From Psammoneis japonica (lineage: Eukaryota), in the NCBI GenBank assembly GCA_008632985.1, contig QPGO01000138.1, positions 186,001 to 228,168 of the forward strand: DNA of 42,168 nt, given 5' to 3'. This document shows, piece by piece, positions 35,771 to 42,168 of this stretch (positions are counted from its first letter, which is position 1; the number at the start of each line of letters is the position of its first letter). Below the pieces are notes generated by a model. That model ran no database searches. It was not told the DNA's origin and saw only the letters and a list, made by a program, of their open reading frames with translations. The translations under genes and the position numbers were made by a program.

Positions 35771-36876
35771 CTAGTCGAGATTCACCATCTTGGCACCAAG
35801 CATGTGAGTTTTAATCTGTGTCGCAAATCTGCTGTTCGCGTATACAAAGGTCTCACAATGCTTCACTAACTGGAGAGTCGCTAGAATGACGACAACCTCG
35901 AATTTCGGGTCGTCCGAGGGGATATGTCCTTCATAGCCACCCTCGATCCCTCTGTACCGCGGGCGATCCAAAAACATCCAATTGTACTGAGGAAATTCCG
36001 TTGTTGCTTCTCGATTGCATTCTGGTCGTCCGTGAGAAGAAAAATGTTTTCCGTCAGGTTCGTTCCAGCTCCTTCGACATACTCTTGGATACTATGATAG
36101 GTGCGTTGCTTTCCCTTTCCCTTTTCCAGTGCAACATCTGTCCGACGGACATGCATGACGGTACAAGGTGTAGTAAGCTTGGTCGAGGACGACATTTGGT
36201 ACACTTCTCGTCTCAACCAAGTTTGACCACGAGTGGCGTATTGATAAGCCCAACGGCCGTTGTGTGTATTCACAGAGAAGCTCCCTTTCGGTGTCAGATC
36301 CTCAGTCTTGTCTGGATTCGCTTGGCAGGATGTGACATTCAGAAAGTAACACGACATGTCTTTTCGTGGACATACAGGCTTGCTTGCATCCTTTTTGGCG
36401 GCATAGTGCCATCGTCCGTAGTTTGGATGGACGGCAATCGGTTGGTTATTTTCATAAGCATATAGGAGGCCTTTATCGACCATGTTGAAGGTTGCACCCC
36501 ATCCATTGGATGCCATTTTTACTGTTCTCGCATTGGAACAGTTGCTTTTGTATTGAACTTCGTACAGATGACGAAAGAAGTCAGCCTTTCTCTTGTCCTC
36601 AATGGGTGAGAAGCAATAGCCAGTCTCATTCTCGTGCGAGACTTCGTAGTCTGGGTGATGAGTCCACCATGAATCCATGTTGGTATCCCAGTCTGCACAA
36701 ATTCTTTCGTCTAATCTTACTGGTTCCATTTTGTTGGATTCATCTTTTTTTGGCTGGTTTGTTTGTTGAGACGGTTCATCCAAGGATGCATAGTGAACAA
36801 AGTTTAGGTGAATCACACCGAGGACGACGAACACAGGGATCCATACTTGAACAATCCGAAGCTTCAATGCGGTCAT
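35771..36876 (-). CDS. Type II membrane glycosyltransferase, alpha-1,6-fucosyltransferase/GT23-like; apparent frameshift at about 36000
   Basis: N-terminal TM; GWGATF; MHVRRTD (fucosyltransferase motif I); NIFLLTDDQNAI (motif II); reading continues in another frame as FLDRPRYRG...SDDPKFEVVVIL...VKHCETFVYANSRFA. Confidence 0.8.
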
Positions 36877-37132
36877 GATTTGTTGCTATTGCTGTATCGA
36901 AGTGCAGAAGCAAGCGCAACCAAAAGCAGAATACGGTTAGAAATCACGAACCCTGATTTCTCGCGAAGAGTGACTTTTCGATCGCTTTCATTACCACAAA
37001 ATTTACCTTGTTGAATGTTTTCTTCACGCAAAAGGGAACGGTACGGTAAGTCGCAGTCGATTGAAGAATCGTATCAGTTTGTGAGCAATGGAGATGCCTG
37101 TTGGCGCGGTGGCTGATTGCTGATTGTGAGGC

Positions 37133-38700
37133 GGGATTCGGATTCGCATTTTTTTTATTTTCACTCCCGAGTTTCGAGGTCGCGGATTTTCGTGGGACTC
37201 AAGGCTGGCTCATGCGTGACTCAGGGCCCATTTAATTCCCCGACTCCTCACTCATTGCAGGATGGAACCATGCGCAGAAAACACAGCCATGACTCCAGCA
37301 GTTAGGGTGTGACTACTCGTCACACGGGCAGTCGAGGTGAAAGTTGATGATGGCGGCAAGGCAATCGAATGAAAGAACAAAACTCAGGGTTGCTCTTTGG
37401 CGGGTCCGAATTGGGCTGCAGCACAGCCAAAGTGCGCTGTGTCAATTCGACAGACAGCCACATTTCTTTCAATGAAAGACAGAGTTCCAGAAATTTACAG
37501 AAGGCATTGAACATTCTTCCTCTGCAAAAGCAAAGCCTGCAAATTTCCCTTTGTGCCAAGCTTGGACACCACAGCCATCACAAGCAGAGTGTCTCAGGTC
37601 CACGAAAGAACCCACACCACGGAAAGCACGACACATGCCGCCCACTTGTGTTGTGCTTCAGCACCCACATCATCTTTGCCATTGTCTGTCACTCCACCCC
37701 ATTCATAGAACAGATTGCTGGTCAGGCTCTCCTTGAATGCTGCTCCCTGAAATCTCGTTCAAATGCACTGGTGTGGACGACATTTGGTGTGCCGTCTTGA
37801 GTTGCTGCCTGAGTTCATTGCTCACTGCAACTGATGCTTGCACATTCATGATGCAAAGAAGCTGGTTGCTCATCATTTGACTTCTGATGTGACTGGAAAC
37901 TCTTGATGATCTTGGTGCTCCCAGCTGTGCGTGCTGTTGGCTGCAACAGTCGTTTCTCTTGGGATTCGGACTCGCATTTTGATTTGTCACTCCCGAGTGT
38001 CGAGGTCGCGGATTTTTTCGTGGGACTCAACGCTGGTTCATGTGTGTGCAGGATGGAACCATGTGCAGAAAATGTTGGCAAAAGCCACTGATGAGTCTCA
38101 CCACATGGGCATTCGAGGTGAAAGTCGACGATGGCGGCAAGGTGACGAACGAAAGAACAAAACTCAGGGTCTTTAGCCAATCAGAAGTGGACCGTGGTCC
38201 AGAGTGCATTGTGTTGACATTCAACAGACGATCGTGGTTTTTTCAATGAAAGACAGAGGCCCAGAAATTGACAAAAAGCATTGAACATTCTTTCTCTACG
38301 AACAAAAAGCCTGCTGATTTCCTTCAATGCCAAGCTTGGACAAACCAAAAGCACCTCGGATCCGATGATGGAATCTGCATCCCGGAAACCGCCACGCATG
38401 CCCTCCCCTAGAGTGTTTGCACTTCAGCACCCATGTCATCTTTGCCCTCATCCGTCGCTCCATCCCGTTTGCGGAGTTGATTGCTGGACAACTCTCCCAA
38501 CCAGCTGCATCCAACAGCAGTTTCTTTTCAATGCACGTGCACTCTAGATGGCTGAAATCACACTCAAATGCTCCAGCTGGCAGACATGGCATCGAACGCA
38601 TCATCTGAGAGCCAGGACACACCGTCTCGAGTTGCTGCCTGAATGCATTGCACACCACAACTGCCGCTGGCATCTCATGAAGCAAAGAAGCTGGTTGCTC
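37133..38700. repeat. Diverged tandem duplication, period about 828 bp (37133-37871 and 37961-38700)
   Basis: Shared anchors gggattcgga..cgcatttt, cactcccgagt.tcgaggtcgcggatttt, gcaggatggaaccatg, gaaagaacaaaactcagggt, gccaagcttgga, gcaaagaagctggttgctc. Confidence 0.9.
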
Positions 38701-39120
38701 TCAATTGACTTCCCTTGTCTGTGGCTGACCGCAAGAAAGACTTGATGTTTTTTCGTACACTTCCATCCCCTTGTAGAACCAATCCGGTTCTTGCAGTTGA
38801 TCTCCCTCAGCACAGAGCTTCACAATGCCTGCTCTGAATTCAGGGGGATTGCGAAGAGCCGGAGCCGATCCGTTGGATGCAAAGAAATCCAGTTCCAACA
38901 CTGTCTTGCCCTTGCTCACTTTTTCTTCTTGAGTGATCCTTAAAATCTCCTTCATGATTGGGACAAAGTTCGCAGTGACAAATGAAAAGATCATGCGCTG
39001 CGTGCCCGTGGTTGCTTTCTTGAATGTTCTGTTGGCTGGATCACAAATCGTTTTGTGTGCTTTCCAATCAGCTGCCTGCGCAAGAGCGAATGCAACCACA
39101 CCACGTGAGACCATCATGCT
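38570..39120 (-). pseudogene. Decayed MYND zinc-finger protein gene
   Basis: MMVSRGVVAFALAQAADWKAHKTIC matches the MYND C-terminal Q..DWK.HK..C pattern with upstream Cys ligands lost; it is followed by a plausible globular region (VLELDFF...APALRNPPEF...EPDWFYKG) and then frameshifts. Confidence 0.65.
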
Positions 39121-42100
39121 TGCCTCACAATCGATCTAAATGGAGTTTCAACAAACCTGGCAGTCTCTGGAACAGTGGAATGCTGCTTTGCATCGGCTGT
39201 TCCAAAACCGATTGCAACAATCACATCGCACATTGAACATGACAGAGAAGGAAATGTTGAGTGGATTGACCAAACACTGTGATGACACATCAACAGCATT
39301 GACAAAAATGGTGCTTGCCCGCATGTTGTCATGCCCATTTACTCAGATTTGCTGCAACAACAACAAGATTTTGCAATTGCCTGTGAGTTGGCCATGGTGG
39401 CCATGATGGCCTGAATGTTGTGGAGATGGATCATGACATGATTGTCCCAGCTTCCCTTGTGCCCATCTTTCCCCAATGATCTCCAACAAAATGTCACCCA
39501 CATGATGAGCACCTCACTTGAATTTCTTCTGCATTGATGATGTGCATTTCATGAGTTGATCCATCATTGCAAGGTGGCCCACAAGCACTTTTGAGTGAGG
39601 GCCCAGTTGTGCAATGCATCTGCCAAAATGGCCAGTCTGCAAATGACAAGGTCAAGCTAAAGTTGTTGACAATGCTTGGCACTGCTTTGGTCATCTCTGG
39701 ACATGGCAAACCAGTCCTTGGCAGAGCACAGGCTAAAAACTTGGCTGACACAGAGAGCAAGTTGCTCTTCAAAACAAGGTCAACAATGACAAATTGCACC
39801 ATGCTCAGAACTGGAGTTTCTCTGGCATCTCTTGATCATGTTTTGCTCACACCCTTGTTTTGACCCAGCATTTGGTTTTAACCAAGAGTGACAAATTTAT
39901 GTGGCAATGGCTCGTCAATTGACCCAGCTGTTTTGGACCCACTTGGCAACACACATCTTTGGCGGCATTCATGGCAACATTGCTCAACAGCCAATGCACC
40001 TTGACTGGAGACTCTCAGTGATCTTGATGCTCCTGACCACCTGTGTTTGACTGCAACAGTTTTTTCTGAGATCTGTCATTGTCCTTGTCCAGCGGAGTCA
40101 AATCAATGGATGGCATGCCAGCCAGAACAAATGCACTTGCTCCCACTTCCATCATGATGTCCACCTGTCATCCACCTGGAAGCCATGCTCTAAAGCAACT
40201 TTTCTCCATGACACAGTGTTCTTGATGGTTGTGAAATTGTGAGACTGTGCTGGGAATTTGTCAATGGCATGATGTTTTTGTTGAAACCTTGATGCTCAAG
40301 CTGAAAATGAAACTGTTGTTCAGATTTTGCTGGGACAAAAAACACAAAAAAATTCACACAGTGCACAAGAGCAGCAAAAGTCAGTCATGATGCATTTGAG
40401 GAGCAGCCACAAATCTGATTTGTTCTTCTGAGTCATGCTGTGTGGCCGGCAGTGGCTTTGCCAAATCTCATTCTGATCAAAGCTCTGCTGCATCTGTCGC
40501 TTTTTAAATTTGCTTGTTCATTCATTTGTTTGTCAAACAAATGACACAAACACCCCAGAGACATTTCTTGAGCTCGCCAAAGGAGAGAAAACAAAATGTT
40601 GTGCGCTGGTTGCCATTTTTGCCTCATTCACCCATGTGTCTGACAAGAGACATGAAGCCCTCTGCTCAACAAGGGCAGTCATCAATGAGAAAGCAGTTCA
40701 AGATGACAAGCAGCACACACTTGCTGGCTCTTTTCTTTTTTGTTTGTGGCGATTTTGTGGTGGATCAGCAAATGACAATGAACGTGGCAAGATGGAAGAT
40801 GCAGAAAACATTCTCTCTGATGCCAGTTGTGCTTGAGCACACCAGACCATTTTCTGGTGAGAAGAGACTGTTCATTTGCACACAAGAAACCAAGGGCAAA
40901 AATTGGCTTGATCAGGAACACAACTTCAATGAAAACAACAATTTTTGAAATCACTCATTTGCAAATTTTCATGACATTCAGGTGTCCACAATGCTTCCTC
41001 CTCCACAGCACCAAAAAGAATCAAACACAAAAACATTGAAACCCAAGAGACATTGAGGCAGTGGTGCAATGGACCAGGTGAGCAACTGTGCAGAATGTCT
41101 GAGACCACAAAACTTGCACAAAGTTGGCAGCTGACACCTCATTGTCCAGCACTCATTGAAAAGCAAGCTCAATGCATGAAATGGCTGGCAATGATCAGAT
41201 TTCATTGATGTCTCCTCTTTCTCTTCAACCCTTTTTTTGTCAATCTTCCAAGTCCTGCAAAAAGCTGAAGAAAACAGTTTTCAAAATGGCTCTGAGCCTC
41301 AGTGGCAGGTGCTTGCCGTGTTCTCATGCAGCCAAGCAATCACAAATTAATGGATGCTCCAAGCACCATTGCAGTCAGGCTGAAATTCTTTCAACTGCAT
41401 TTTAATTTGTTGACTCAGCAACATCCACTGACCCCCGACCCCCAACTCAGATTTGTGTTCATTCTCAACAATGTCTCTCCTTGTCAAAGTTGTCAAGTCC
41501 TGTTTCCAGTTTCCACGTGTGCAAGTTCTGTGGTCTGTGGCAAGGGACAAACAAAGCTGGCATTTCCCAGTTCCCCAACAAAGCTCAAGCTGTGCATTTG
41601 ATGATGTCCCCATCTGTTGCAAACAATGACCTGTCATGTGTGCACTTCTGACCCATGAGATTTGCACCCAATTGCAGTGTTGTTGCATGGTGTGTGTTTG
41701 CATTCTGACTCATGATGACAGCTTTCTGCTCCATGGAGAAAAATGTCACCAGCTCACATGGCAGTCCTTTGTCTGCAATGAGACTTTGTCATGACCTGAG
41801 TGCCAGTGGGTCAGGTGATGTTGTTGGGGGCAAGAGTTCAGGCAACTTGTGGCTGAATGCAGCAAAATGGCCTGCCCACTCTTCTTGGCATTGGGGGGGG
41901 GCATTCTCAGTTTTTTTTTTGTTGGAGTTGAAACTGCACAACATGATGATGCTGAGAAGCTTGCATGTGCACCTGACAGAAAAACACACTGTGTGCCAAA
42001 AATGAAACTCTCTAAGTTGTCCATTGATGGCATCTCCATTGTGTGTGTGCTGACAAATGACTGTGCTGGGTGGGGCGACCAAGTCACAGCGGCTGCAACC

Positions 42101-42168
42101 ACTCACCCTTGTCCCATTTTGAAAATGCAATTGCTGACCATGCATTTCTGTCATCTCTTTGATGTCGT

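Larger units (their letters stand above)
37080..42168. repeat. TpA-depleted block 6 (runs off the window end)
   Basis: About 5 kb with only sporadic TA; CpG is also nearly absent beyond about 39200. Confidence 0.88.

Noticed and set aside
39300..39500. Possible copia (CoDi) polyprotein relic (IQAI.GHHGQL on the minus strand)
   Set aside because: The match is too short and frameshifted, and no RT, integrase or LTR motifs are recognisable.
8410..42168. Classical RIP or CpG methylation decay as the sole explanation of the blocks
   Set aside because: Both are C-to-T processes; RIP would increase TA, and the TA-free margins retain abundant CpG.

Overview
Eukaryotic nuclear DNA, most likely a pennate diatom (inferred from short GT-AG introns, PT/PS-rich mucin tails, RRL/RKL motifs and gene content). 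About 12 protein-coding loci are supportable: a fasciclin protein, two reprolysin/M12B-type zinc peptidases, a VTC4-like polyphosphate polymerase, HGH1, a patatin-like/SOD-like membrane protein, RPS2, a TBC1D20-like RabGAP, a FUT8-like glycosyltransferase and a few hypotheticals. The most striking feature is six intergenic, repeat-rich blocks (about 17 kb, about 40% of the window) in which the dinucleotide TpA is almost absent and TpG/CpA is abundant, with sharp borders against genes. Paired repeat copies differ mostly by TA/TG/CA/CG swaps at the same positions. This points to a repeat-targeted TpA->TpG/CpA (A-to-G) hypermutation process, the opposite direction to fungal RIP. The blocks contain two related MITE families with 4-bp TSDs, degenerate satellites and a decaying MYND-gene duplication. 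Single-base frameshifts in conserved genes such as RPS2 suggest assembly indel errors.
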